DNA of 64,000 bases from positions 1 to 64,000 of the forward strand of contig DATFEP010000076.1 of assembly GCA_035250975.1 (NCBI GenBank), in the 5' to 3' direction. The first letter of the stretch is position 1. Each line of letters opens with the position of its first letter. This document shows positions 30,949 to 41,643 of this stretch, in pieces. The stretch is from Nitrososphaeraceae archaeon. GTDB lineage: Archaea > Thermoproteota > Nitrososphaeria > Nitrososphaerales > Nitrososphaeraceae. A model generated the notes under the pieces. The model was not told where the DNA came from and made no database searches. It saw nothing but the letters and a program-made list of their open reading frames with translations. The translations under genes were made by a program, and so were the position numbers.

Positions 30949-32721
30949 ATGGAGCAATCTGATGCTGGCATTAATAATGGTAAAGTCTCTCGCAAAGATT
31001 TTATCAAGTTAATTGGTGCTGGCGCTCTTTCTTTGGGTGTAGCTAATTTCATTGGTATTGATAAACTGATATCCAATAGTGCTTTTGCAACACAAAAAGA
31101 GCAAAATCGTTACAGTGAGAATAAAATTTATGATAACACCATAGTATCTGACAAAAGGGTAAAGAAAGCATTCGATATCCGCGTTGATGCAGCTAAATTT
31201 GAAAGGGATTTGCCAATTCCAGAGCATCCAGATAACGGTGACGATAATCGTTATGAAAATAGGATTGCAAGTTTTTCCAAGGTACTACCACATAATAGAT
31301 TGGGAGAAGTCTACCCGAGAGCCTATTCTAAACTCTTATTTGCATTGAAGTCTGGAGATCCAACGTTATTTGAACTGATACCTATGGGTGGATATTTTCT
31401 GGCTGGAACACAGTCAAAATATCCTCGCCATCCTCATAACTATTCTTTTGAATTAATTTATGAAAGAGAGAGCAATTATCTTAAACTAGTTAACCCACTA
31501 GCAGCATTTTCATTTGAAATAATCGGTCCTGATTCTCATCATCTCTTTATAAGACCCTCCCCAACTTTTGACAGTGCTGAGGAAGCAGGTGAGATGGCGG
31601 AAATATATTGGCAGGCTGTTGTAAGAGATATTGCATTCACAGAGTATAATAATCATTCTTTGATAAGGGATGCTTGTAATGATCTTTCTAATTTTAACTT
31701 TGATGGTCCGAAAATATATGGCAAAGTTTTACCTGAAACTATCTTTAGAGGTAAGACTAGTGGCGATCTATCTGGTCCATATGTTTCACAATTCTTGTTA
31801 AAAGATGTTCCGCATGGATCACTTGCTATGAAACAGAAGTATAATGCTAGTTTGCCTGAGACAGACTATCTGATCTCATATCATACGTGGCTTTCTTCAC
31901 AAAATGGTATTGTGACAGAGATGGAACATATAGATACTAATACACCTCGATACATAAGAAATGGAAGGGATCTGGCTGAATGTGTCCACAAAGATTATCC
32001 ATGTCAGGGCTTTTTGAATGCATGTCTGATACTGTTGGGATCTGGTGTAAAATTTGATTCCGGAAATCCATATCTTTCATCAATAACACAATCTGGATTT
32101 CCGACTTTTGGTGGTCCGCATGTTTTGTTTCTATTATCTTCTGTTGCAAATTTAGCTTTAAAGGCGGCTTGGTTTCAAAAATGGCTTGTCCATAGAAGAT
32201 TGAGGCCGGAGGCCTTTGGCGGATGTATCCATAATAACCTAATGGCAAATAAAAACTATCCAGTTCACAAAGATATCATAGAATCTCAAGTACTTTCAAT
32301 CATTTACTCAAGAAACAAAAGTTATTTGTTACCAATATCGTACCCAGAAGGTTGTCCAGCTCATCCTGCATATCCAAGCGGACATGCAACATGGGCAGGT
32401 GCATGCGCAACTGTAGTAAAGGCATTTTTTGACGAGGAGGCTATCATAGAAGACCCGGTTGTACCAACCTATGATGGTTTGGACCTCCTTCCATATAAAG
32501 GACCGGATGTGCTGACCGTAGGAGGGGAATTAAATAAATTGGCATCAAATATTGGAATAGGACGTGATTTTGCCGGTATTCATTGGAGGTCCGATATCAT
32601 TGAGGGTATGAAGTTAGGCGAAGAATTAGCTATTCGTTTCCTCGTTGAACAGAAGGAGATTTTTTATGAAAAATTTGATTTTTCAATTACAAAGTTTGAT
32701 GGAACGTCTGTCACCATATAA
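30949..32721 (+). CDS. Vanadium-dependent haloperoxidase (PAP2 superfamily) with Tat-like signal
   Basis: AWFQKW.VHRRLRPE, HPAYPSGHA, GRDFAGIHWRSD; N-terminal SRKDFIK. Confidence 0.9.
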   Translation: MEQSDAGINNGKVSRKDFIKLIGAGALSLGVANFIGIDKLISNSAFATQKEQNRYSENKIYDNTIVSDKRVKKAFDIRVDAAKFERDLPIPEHPDNGDDNRYENRIASFSKVLPHNRLGEVYPRAYSKLLFALKSGDPTLFELIPMGGYFLAGTQSKYPRHPHNYSFELIYERESNYLKLVNPLAAFSFEIIGPDSHHLFIRPSPTFDSAEEAGEMAEIYWQAVVRDIAFTEYNNHSLIRDACNDLSNFNFDGPKIYGKVLPETIFRGKTSGDLSGPYVSQFLLKDVPHGSLAMKQKYNASLPETDYLISYHTWLSSQNGIVTEMEHIDTNTPRYIRNGRDLAECVHKDYPCQGFLNACLILLGSGVKFDSGNPYLSSITQSGFPTFGGPHVLFLLSSVANLALKAAWFQKWLVHRRLRPEAFGGCIHNNLMANKNYPVHKDIIESQVLSIIYSRNKSYLLPISYPEGCPAHPAYPSGHATWAGACATVVKAFFDEEAIIEDPVVPTYDGLDLLPYKGPDVLTVGGELNKLASNIGIGRDFAGIHWRSDIIEGMKLGEELAIRFLVEQKEIFYEKFDFSITKFDGTSVTI

Positions 32722-33294
32722 TTTTTTTCTTTTTTACCGTATACATTGTATACGTTGATAATTATATTATTGTTTTATGATGTTCTAACGACTCGAGTAC
32801 TTTTATCCAATTTTTACATATTCACGGTTGTTTTTGATTTGACCTAAATTTAAACACAAATTAAAGTGAAGGCCACTTGCTGTCGATATTTTTTCATTCA
32901 ATTGTATTGAGGAACTCACTCTTGTAATTTGCATAGAATATCAAACAAAAGATAAAGGTTATATCTGGCTGTATAAGGCATAGCAACCCACATATTTATC
33001 AGAATGTAATGGATGAGCCATTTATTTTGAAGAGAATAAAATATTAAATCTTTATCTTCATAGGTTGATCGAAAAATACAAAGGATCTACCTACGAGAAA
33101 TATGGAAAAAATTCCTGACTTATTTCATAATGCTGTCTATGAAAAAAATGAAATCCATCCAGGACAGGTGAACTGATCCTCTACTCAATTAAAAAAGGAG
33201 AATAAAACAGAGGTCAAATCTCCTGTAATCGTTACCAATCCTGCTATTCAGAAACGTTTTATATAATAATTTATTATAGTATCAATAATAGAGT

Positions 33295-34140
33295 ATGATT
33301 ATTTCAACTCATTTGGGAATAAATGAGTTAAATAAATTAAAAGAAATAATAATTACCAAAAAATTAAAGGAAACCAATCCTACTAGTGATTATGAATTAT
33401 TACGTATTAGGGATGATAATATCAATTTAATTTGCTATAAATCTGGCAAAATAGTATACCAGAATAATCCAGAAACGATGGAGATAATACGACACATATT
33501 GGCTACAGATTCAGGATATGATTATGAATTGGGGTCCGATGAGGCAGGAAAGGGAGAATCTTTTGGACCACTGGTAACAGTTTGTGTTGCTTTAAAGCCG
33601 GAACAGATAACTGAATTAAGGACAATAGGAGTGAAGGACAGCAAACAACTTTCACCAAGAGAAATTGTTAGAATCGCTGAAGAAATAAAAAAAAGGAGAA
33701 TTGTATATAGAAAAATAATACTTCAACCAGAAGTATATAATAGCAAAATTAAAGAGTTGAAAAGAGAAAATAAGAATCTAAATGAACTGCTGGCTTGGAC
33801 TCATGCTAGGGTAATTCAAAATACACTTGACACATTAAATTATAACTCAGTTAAGGTGGTTATCGATAAATTTGATGTTGAAAAGACTTGTAAAAGATTA
33901 TCAAAACTAGACAAAAATAAAATAAAAATTATACAAAAATCAAGAGGTGAATCTGAAATACCTGTTGCTGTTGCCAGTATTTTAGCCAAAAGTTTTTTTG
34001 AACAAGAAGTTACCTTAATGTGCACACGATATGGCATTAATTTTAGAAAAATTAATCCTGTTGAAATACCGAAAGTAATAATTGACAAAGTTTACAAAAC
34101 TCATTTTAAGAACATTTCAAAGTTATTGGAAGACAAATAA
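33295..34140 (+). CDS. rnhC: Ribonuclease HIII-like (N-terminal TBP-like domain plus RNase H fold)
   Basis: GSDEAGKGESFGP, GVKDSKQL, IDKF, VAVASILAK; ~75 aa N-terminal extension. Confidence 0.78.
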   Translation: MIISTHLGINELNKLKEIIITKKLKETNPTSDYELLRIRDDNINLICYKSGKIVYQNNPETMEIIRHILATDSGYDYELGSDEAGKGESFGPLVTVCVALKPEQITELRTIGVKDSKQLSPREIVRIAEEIKKRRIVYRKIILQPEVYNSKIKELKRENKNLNELLAWTHARVIQNTLDTLNYNSVKVVIDKFDVEKTCKRLSKLDKNKIKIIQKSRGESEIPVAVASILAKSFFEQEVTLMCTRYGINFRKINPVEIPKVIIDKVYKTHFKNISKLLEDK

Positions 34141-34454
34141 ATGCAAGTTCAAATTCTAAATTTTTAGTTTCCAATTTACCTGAATATGTCTTTGCTTAAA
34201 ATTGAAATATAAATGACAGATAATTAATTGATGACTATCTCAAACCTGATTTGAGAAATTGCATTATAAGGGTAAGACAAAAATACATTTGACAATTTTG
34301 TCAAGATATGGTCGACTTAGTCACATTTTGAGCCGAGTATGCAAATCTCTGACAGACATATTTTGGTATCTTTTCTTGATACATTCATAGGTGCGCGATT
34401 CTAAATTGTTACATAAGACGCAGAGAATTAATATTGTTTAATCCTTGACTTTTT

Positions 34455-34550
34455 TTATCTACAGATGGTACGTGGACTTTGGTCTTCATTCTATTTATTT
34501 CAATAGTCAGTTCGCCCATCGAATGCCACGTACCTGTTATCTATAGATAA
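34455..34550 (-). ncRNA. Candidate structured RNA with a K-turn-like CUGA/AUGAAGA pair
   Basis: Nested stems TTATCTATAGAT/ATCTGTAGATAA and GGTACGTGG/CCACGTACC enclosing three small hairpins. Confidence 0.45.
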
Positions 34551-34562
34551 TAATTTTCTAAA

Positions 34563-34982
34563 TTAAACTTTTTTGATAGTTATCTTCTGATTATCTGCAT
34601 CTAAAAAGATCTCGGTTTTTTCTTCCATCAGCGGTCCTATTTCCTGATCGAGATTGTCAACCAAGGGAATGTCAGAGATAGCACATCCTGATGCTGTGAT
34701 AGTATCGCATTTTTTAAGACATATGATGGCCAAAGGATTGACTTTATTTGTTTTTAAGGAATAAAAAACATAGGCACCCACACTGCTTCCTATAGCGTGT
34801 GGGAAAATTAGTATTTTGTTTTTTAGGGTTCTTTTAAACAATTCGTGGTTTTCGTCTTTAATCTCACCCGATTTGGCATCAATCATTGAAAGCATGTTCA
34901 GTGGTTGATTGGTCAGTACTGCTTTACCATTAGCTTTGCCTCCCACAATTCTCCTACATTTTATTTCGATCAACTTTTTCAC
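34563..34982 (-). CDS. Aconitase X swivel subunit (DUF126; phosphomevalonate dehydratase small subunit)
   Basis: GSSVGAYV, GCAISDIP; overlaps the large subunit. Confidence 0.88.
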   Translation of the reverse strand: MKKLIEIKCRRIVGGKANGKAVLTNQPLNMLSMIDAKSGEIKDENHELFKRTLKNKILIFPHAIGSSVGAYVFYSLKTNKVNPLAIICLKKCDTITASGCAISDIPLVDNLDQEIGPLMEEKTEIFLDADNQKITIKKV

Positions 34983-36133
34983 TCACAATAATCTTTAACT
35001 ATGGTTTTCATATCGCGTAGGGCAACATCTATCTTATTAGATTTTTTCATGTAGTACGCTCCTTTAATACTATTTGTTACAATCGAATCGCAACTGTCTC
35101 TTGTAATAAGTGGTGTTAAACAGGTACATGCATCACATATTATCTCGGCCCCGGCCTTCTTTAATCCATTTACTAGCTCCTTATTTTTGTTAGATTCTGA
35201 AACAGTACGTGGACAAAATATCATACATCTTTTCTTGAATTTTTTTCCATCAGTCATATTGGACAGGATTTTTAAATCATGGTCACCTAACTGGGGGCTG
35301 CCAAAAACTATTATTTCACCTTTCTCTGCGGTATCAAGTTCTTCCTTAGTTTTTTCAAGTTCTTCTCTTCCAAAAGGTATTCTTTCCACGTTTTCTTTTA
35401 TTTTGTTGCTAAACATCCCGCAAATTCCGGAAGTACCCATTCCAGCTGAGAGAGCTTTAGCTCTGAACAGGTCTATTTTGTGTATCTCTTCTATACCTAC
35501 GCAGCTTTCGTTGATGTTTTTACCTGCAAAATAACCCAATAGTCCATAATCTAATTCGGATTCAATCTTTATCTCTGGTCTAATTGCTATTTTTGGAGTT
35601 CTCATTTCATCAATTAATAAATCTGAATAGGGTGTTTTTCCTGATAATGCACTTGCTAAAGCACTTAGTGCACTCTCCTTGTTTGTTTTTGCTCCCAAAA
35701 TAGAGTTGACATAAACTGCCGCATTACTTTCAGCAAAACTCACATAATCGCCTCTTTTAGGCAGATCAAAAATTTCATAAGGAATACAAGTAAATGATGG
35801 TTTTACACCTAAATCTGTGTAAGCGTTAACTATCTTTCTCTGTTTTTCTTTAAACTCGTCACTAAGATTATTGTCCATTTTTGAGTCAAATCCCATGGGA
35901 TTTAATGTACTCGTAACAGAGACTTTGGTACCCTTATCAATACTTTGAAGAAATTCAAGTCCTGCATCTCCAATAGTATTATAATTGACTCCGGAAATAT
36001 GCGCCCACTTTACAGGAATAAATTTGGTTGCGTTGTTGGCAATTCCTATAGCCACTAGGATTTTGTAAGCTTGTTCCAAGCCCGGTCCATATTCACCATT
36101 TATGGCCTTTTCTTCTTCTCTTGTTAGCTCCAT
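34979..36133 (-). CDS. Aconitase X catalytic subunit (DUF521; phosphomevalonate dehydratase large subunit)
   Basis: HISGVNY.TIGDAG, TLNPMG, TCIPY, AESNA, DACTC, TNS.KGAYY. Confidence 0.92.
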   Translation of the reverse strand: MELTREEEKAINGEYGPGLEQAYKILVAIGIANNATKFIPVKWAHISGVNYNTIGDAGLEFLQSIDKGTKVSVTSTLNPMGFDSKMDNNLSDEFKEKQRKIVNAYTDLGVKPSFTCIPYEIFDLPKRGDYVSFAESNAAVYVNSILGAKTNKESALSALASALSGKTPYSDLLIDEMRTPKIAIRPEIKIESELDYGLLGYFAGKNINESCVGIEEIHKIDLFRAKALSAGMGTSGICGMFSNKIKENVERIPFGREELEKTKEELDTAEKGEIIVFGSPQLGDHDLKILSNMTDGKKFKKRCMIFCPRTVSESNKNKELVNGLKKAGAEIICDACTCLTPLITRDSCDSIVTNSIKGAYYMKKSNKIDVALRDMKTIVKDYCE

Positions 36134-36294
36134 TAATCAGAATCATTTATAATTTATTTATATATCATTTAAAAGTTATTTTATTATTAAATCGGCCTGT
36201 AATCCTTAATAATTATTGATTTGATGATATTATGTGGCAAATCTTGATATTATACAGCAAATAGTCTATTAACAAGTGTTAACCTAATGATTAT

Positions 36295-37017
36295 GTGCAA
36301 TTTGTAACTTGGTTTCCCCACTATCAAGATATTAGGAGTAAATTCGGTTATAGCACTGAAAAAGATCAAAATTCTGCATACCTTCTTTCCGAGAAAATAA
36401 AAAATAAAGCATTGGATCCTACTGTTTTAAGAAAAAAAATTCAAAGCAAGAGTGTAATTGTAATTGGTTCAGGTCCTGATCTGGAAAATTATCTACCTTT
36501 TTTAAAAAGAAACAGATCTTTTGTAAAGATAGTAGCAGACGGTACTGTAAAGTTCTTGATAGAAAATGGTATAAAACCTGATATTGTAGTTACAGACCTT
36601 GATGGTGATGCTAAATTCCTTCTTCAAGCAGAAAAACTTGGGTCAATTATGGTGGTACATGCTCATGGAGATAATACCGCTATTATTGAAAAATTAGTAC
36701 CTAAATTTAAAAAGGTATTCGGTACGACTCAGGTGATGCCTGTAAAAAATGTTCATAACTATGGTGGATTTACAGATGGCGATCGTGGTGTCTTCCTTGC
36801 AGAGGAATTTGGCGCAAAAGAAATCATCCTCGTAGGGATGGCGTTTGATGGCGAGGTCGGAGAATATTCTAAAAGTGTACAAAATATAGAAATAAAAAAG
36901 GAAAAACTCAAAATAGCTAAGAAACTTTTGCAGCTACTTGCAAAGGATTCCAGATCGGACTTGTATGATACATCCCAGAAACCTGTTCCTGGGTTCAAGG
37001 TATTTCCTTTAAAATAA
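36295..37017 (+). CDS. mptE: 6-hydroxymethyl-7,8-dihydropterin pyrophosphokinase
   Basis: IVVTDLDG, VHAHGDN, GTTQ, GGFTDGDR. Confidence 0.9.
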   Translation: MQFVTWFPHYQDIRSKFGYSTEKDQNSAYLLSEKIKNKALDPTVLRKKIQSKSVIVIGSGPDLENYLPFLKRNRSFVKIVADGTVKFLIENGIKPDIVVTDLDGDAKFLLQAEKLGSIMVVHAHGDNTAIIEKLVPKFKKVFGTTQVMPVKNVHNYGGFTDGDRGVFLAEEFGAKEIILVGMAFDGEVGEYSKSVQNIEIKKEKLKIAKKLLQLLAKDSRSDLYDTSQKPVPGFKVFPLK

Positions 37018-37361
37018 GATATAAAAAACTCGATCTTTAATTATCTTTATTTGTTATTCTGATGTGGCTGGAGCTCTTCCATTTGCCATCAAAAAATTTC
37101 ATTCTTTATACTGAGAAATCTTGCATGGACAGTCTACTATTATATTTTTTGTACCTTGACATTTCAGATTTCGTATATTTATCTAACCAAACTCGTATCT
37201 GCTTATACATATTCAGATTTTTTATTATAAATACAGATAGAGTTAGCACATTTTTCCCTATATGTCTCTTTATCTATCCCTTTATCTCTCTAGAAAGTAT
37301 ACCCAATAGTAAATTTTTGACAAATAAACAACTTTATACTCTTTATTATATTAAGAATGGA

Positions 37362-38111
37362 ATGTTGCATTATTCTGAAGATGATGTTAAGAAAGCAGCA
37401 GACTTGCGTGAATGGCTGCTTAAACAAATTTCTGATAAACAAGAAGAGGTAGATAGACTTAAAAATCTACTTCTCTTAATTGATAGTTTATTAAAGCAAG
37501 AAAGTTTTAAACCCGCATCTACTCTTGGACGTCCTGAAATTTATACTGTTGATACCAATGCTGCAAGGCGACCTTCTTCGGTTCCAATTACGGATGAGAG
37601 TACACAAATAGAAAAAGGCTATAATTCTGGAAGTAAAAAATCTCAAGTTAGTAATGAGGATCAAAAAATTGCTATAAAAAAAGAAAAAGAGCAAGATCTT
37701 GATTCAAAAAATAAATATGAAACAAAGGAGCTAAAAAGGCTTAAAGATAACTTTTTATTGGCAACTGTCAAGGTTTCAACCAGCTCCGTTGAAATAATTC
37801 CAGAAAAGAGTTTATCATTCGATATAAATACTCCTCCATTTAAGACGTTTTTTATTAAAAGAATTCTAGATGGAATGGTAAACCAGGATAAAGAACAATT
37901 ACGGAAAAAACAGATAGATGGCGAAATTCTTACCTATCAGATTGATGAGGCAGATGGAATTATTAAAAAAATAATAATAAATAATTATAGGGAAAAAGAG
38001 AGGTTGACCGATATTTTCAATACTTCGGCGTGGGTTTTTACAAGAATGTTAGAAAAGAGTAGTGGTACTAGCGGTATCAGCGATAGTAGCAGCAGTACTA
38101 GCGGAGTATAA
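37362..38111 (+). CDS. Conserved hypothetical protein (start revised to ATG 37362)
   Basis: Coiled-coil N-terminus, TPPF..FF..RIL..M; the upstream 100 codons look non-coding. Confidence 0.75.
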   Translation: MLHYSEDDVKKAADLREWLLKQISDKQEEVDRLKNLLLLIDSLLKQESFKPASTLGRPEIYTVDTNAARRPSSVPITDESTQIEKGYNSGSKKSQVSNEDQKIAIKKEKEQDLDSKNKYETKELKRLKDNFLLATVKVSTSSVEIIPEKSLSFDINTPPFKTFFIKRILDGMVNQDKEQLRKKQIDGEILTYQIDEADGIIKKIIINNYREKERLTDIFNTSAWVFTRMLEKSSGTSGISDSSSSTSGV

Positions 38112-38116
38112 GTCGG

Positions 38117-39649
38117 TTGGATAAAATAATTATATTGGATTTTGGTTCACAATACAGCCATCTTATTTGTAGGAGAATTAGAGAAGCAAATGTTTTTTGT
38201 GAAATACATCCATATAATATAACAACTGATCAAATAAAAAAGATATCGCCAAAGGGAATAATTTTTTCAGGCGGTCCTGCCAGTGTATACGATCCTAATT
38301 CTCCAAAACCAGATAACAAAGTATTTGATTTAGGGATACCAATTTTGGGGATATGTTATGGACATCAATTGATTGTCGATAATTTCAGAGGCAAGGTAAA
38401 AAAGTCTCAAACGCGAGAATATGGAAAAGCAATGTTGCAAATAGATGATAAATCCGATCTGTTTAAAAATTTTGATGATAAAATTCAGTGTTGGATGAGT
38501 CATGGTGATGTAGCAGAGCATATTCCATCTGACTTTAAAGTCTTGGCACACACCGATAATTCCTTCTCTGCAGCAATTGGAAATCACGAAAAGAGGTTTT
38601 ATGGATTACAATTTCATCCTGAAGTAAAGCATACCGAACATGGTTTAGATATCTTGAAAAATTTCTCAGTTGATATTAGTAAGGCTGAAGCCAATTGGAC
38701 AATTCAAAATTTTATTGATATGACTATTGCAGAAATAAAGAGACAAGTTGGTAACGAAAAAGTTCTCTGTGCAGTCAGTGGAGGAATAGATTCGACGACG
38801 GTAGCAATGCTGTTAAATCAAGCAATACCTGACAATTTACAATGTATTTTTGTTGATCATGGTCTATTGAGATTGGGCGAAGAAAAATTGGTAATGGATC
38901 TATTGAATAAACTTGATCTTAATATAAAATTCGTAGATGCATCTGCGAGATTTCTGGAAAAATTAAAAGGTGTAACAGATCCTGAAGAAAAAAGAAGAAT
39001 AATAGGATACGAATTTGTTAATGTCTTTCTTGATGAGGTAAAGAAAGAGACCAAAGCCTTTCAATGGTTGGCGCAGGGAACCCTTTATCCTGATGTGATA
39101 GAAAGCGGGGTTTCTTTAGGTCCGGCTTCTGTCATAAAAACACATCATAATGTTGGCGGTTTGCCTGATATGCTTCATCTTAAGGTGCTTGAGCCTCTCA
39201 GATATCTCTACAAAGATGAGGTAAAGAGGGTAGCCAAAATGCTGAATGTTCCAGACGAACTCCTTAACAGACATCCTTTTCCAGGACCCGGCCTTGCAGT
39301 TCGGATCATTGGAGAGGTAACAGCAGATAAGATAAGGATTTCAAAACACGCCAGTGATATTATCGAACAGGAATTAAAAAATGCTGGGATTTACGATTCA
39401 GTCTGGCAAGCGTATGCAGCAGTTGGTGACGATAGAGCAGTAGGTGTGGTGGGAGACGAAAGACTTTATGGACATGTTGTTATTATCCGTGTTGTAGATT
39501 CTGTTGATGCTATGACTGCAGATTGGACAAAATTACCCTACGACCTGCTTGAAAAAATGAGTAACAGGATTACCAATGAAGTTGAGGGTGTTTCTTGGGT
39601 CACCTATACAATATCCAGCAAACCACCAGCAACAATAGAACCACAATAA
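38117..39649 (+). CDS. guaA: GMP synthase (glutamine-hydrolysing)
   Basis: LDFGSQY, GICYGHQ, QFHPEV, SGGIDS, QGTLYPDVIES, KPPATIE. Confidence 0.98.
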   Translation: MDKIIILDFGSQYSHLICRRIREANVFCEIHPYNITTDQIKKISPKGIIFSGGPASVYDPNSPKPDNKVFDLGIPILGICYGHQLIVDNFRGKVKKSQTREYGKAMLQIDDKSDLFKNFDDKIQCWMSHGDVAEHIPSDFKVLAHTDNSFSAAIGNHEKRFYGLQFHPEVKHTEHGLDILKNFSVDISKAEANWTIQNFIDMTIAEIKRQVGNEKVLCAVSGGIDSTTVAMLLNQAIPDNLQCIFVDHGLLRLGEEKLVMDLLNKLDLNIKFVDASARFLEKLKGVTDPEEKRRIIGYEFVNVFLDEVKKETKAFQWLAQGTLYPDVIESGVSLGPASVIKTHHNVGGLPDMLHLKVLEPLRYLYKDEVKRVAKMLNVPDELLNRHPFPGPGLAVRIIGEVTADKIRISKHASDIIEQELKNAGIYDSVWQAYAAVGDDRAVGVVGDERLYGHVVIIRVVDSVDAMTADWTKLPYDLLEKMSNRITNEVEGVSWVTYTISSKPPATIEPQ

Positions 39650-39779
39650 GTAATATCCAGAAAAACACAATAATTAAGGCAGTAATGAAGGAATGTTTTT
39701 AGGTACTAATAGAATATGAAAGATGCTTATTTTGTTTGATAGTGATAGTTTTTTGATCTTACTAATTGACTAAAATGAG

Positions 39780-39970
39780 TTTGGAAGTAAATCTGTATGC
39801 ATCGAGGATCATGCACCTTCACAAAATTTTTTCATTTCTAACTAGACAAGTTAGGAAGGTTCATTGGTAGAAAGTACAGGTCTGTTTTTTTCGTAGTAAC
39901 GTCATACATCAACTGTTTGTGTAAATAATTTGAAATTTGTACCAAATGATTGAATTCACTTTCAGGTAAT
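39780..39970 (-). mobile_element. Possible highly decayed IS6 fragment
   Basis: Short IQSFG / TLLRK..TNEP-like pieces only. Confidence 0.25.
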
Positions 39971-40224
39971 CTAATACCTAATGTCCTAATATTTTCTGAC
40001 AACAATAATTTTATATATTGCTGTTTATTAAATATTTACAGTATTTTCCATTTAAACCTGTAAGAAATTGACATAATTGTTTAATATTTATGTTTTTGTA
40101 CGTCACAATATTTATTTAATAATTAGTATTTTCCTATCAAAAAGTAGATCCATATACTTTTTAAAATTTTAAAAATCAATAAAAAAAGCTATTAAATATT
40201 CTGAAAAACAATATAAAAAGTGTA

Positions 40225-40431
40225 GTGAAAAGAAGGAAAAGTTCAACTATAAGAAGGATAAGGAGAGATAAAAGTTTATTCTCCCCTGCAAAAGCTAATA
40301 CATTTGAAAAATTCTTTATGACAACAATTATCACTGGATTTGCAACAGGCATGGGAATTGTATTACGTACTTGGTTTGTCAAGGCATTTATGCAATCAGT
40401 AGATGAAAAAACAGGTATTCTTCCAATATAA
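40225..40431 (+). CDS. Small basic single-TM protein
   Basis: Arg/Lys-rich N-terminus, hydrophobic IITGFATGMGIVL. Confidence 0.5.
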   Translation: MKRRKSSTIRRIRRDKSLFSPAKANTFEKFFMTTIITGFATGMGIVLRTWFVKAFMQSVDEKTGILPI

Positions 40432-41199
40432 TTCAGAAATGTAATGCATAAGAGTTAGTGATAAACGAACGCGTGTAGATAAGCATAACGAATTTACAAA
40501 GCAGAGATTCAAGCATTACGATAAGAAATTTATGAAAATGATCAATTGTCGGATTAATAACCTCTCAATAATGCCTTACAATGAAATCTTCGTTTGCTTA
40601 ACTAGTGAGCGAGATGGTCATCTTGTACTTCTATCGGGATTTTCAAACGATCCAGTCTGTTTACATATAGTGGATTTAAAACGAGTAGAATTTTTTCCTT
40701 TTATACCGGCATCTTCTTCAAATCATTACAGTTTTTCCGATTATCTCGTTTTTGTTATTTTTGAACTCAAATAAGGATAAAATGTTGACAGCATACTCTG
40801 ATGTATTATTACATAAAAATTATTGTGAGGCAGTTAGGCTAGTATATCTATGCTAGTATACCTATACTAACTCATATAGAGTTGACTAAAATAGGTTTCA
40901 AAATGGAATGAATGGAAAATTAAAGTAATTTCTAATATTGATGACTAAAATAGAAATCTAAAATATATAAATTCAATATTTATAATCTTTGAAGATAATG
41001 TGACTTTGAATTAAAACTTATATATTTTATGCCTTTAAATTCTAACAAAATAACGTTCGATCCTGAAGTTAAAAGGAGAGTTTCATCATCAAGAATCCAG
41101 TACATGATCACAGATCTGAATTAAATTATTTTAAAAGAAAAATTTTTAAACATAATATTGTAAATAGAATAACATAATACTGTATCAGCATAGATACTA

Positions 41200-41628
41200 T
41201 CAGCTCATTCGAACCAATAATCTTTTACCTAAATCAAATAATATAAATAATTCAGAATAGTCTATAAAAACCACAAATACCAATAAATAGAAAGGTAAAT
41301 CATAGAAATAGTTCACTATAAATTCGTCTGTTATCCAGAATATGTGTAAAAACTGTAATAGTAACATACTAAGATATAGAATATTTTTAGGCTTACGATT
41401 TTCCCTAAATATTATAAATAGATAACTTGTAGAGGTAATGATTAGAGAGGGTATTTCAAGATAGTCTATAGAAACAAATAAAAATGAACCTTCATTAAAT
41501 TTTAAATCATTAAAATTAAACATAGGAAGTGTTACATTACATGTTAGCCAGAATAAATGAATAATTTGTAATGCCATCAAAATAAAGGATATCTTTACTA
41601 AAAAGTTCTTTAATTTTTCAAAAAACAT
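41200..41628 (-). CDS. 4-TM membrane protein with an internal repeat
   Basis: LQIIHLFWLT..IDYLE repeated as LQFLHIFWIT..IDYSE. Confidence 0.7.
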   Translation of the reverse strand: MFFEKLKNFLVKISFILMALQIIHLFWLTCNVTLPMFNFNDLKFNEGSFLFVSIDYLEIPSLIITSTSYLFIIFRENRKPKNILYLSMLLLQFLHIFWITDEFIVNYFYDLPFYLLVFVVFIDYSELFILFDLGKRLLVRMS

Positions 41629-41643
41629 TTTTGCTAAACTTAT

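Noticed and set aside
32738-32754. CGTATAC-ATT-GTATACG palindrome
   Set aside because: Single short hairpin right after the haloperoxidase poly-T terminator; no further support
37062-37361. N-terminal 100 codons of ORF 37062
   Set aside because: Composition looks like intergenic/promoter DNA; ATG 37362 is more plausible
38059-38108. agtagc/actagcgg repeats
   Set aside because: Low-complexity Ser/Gly coding tail
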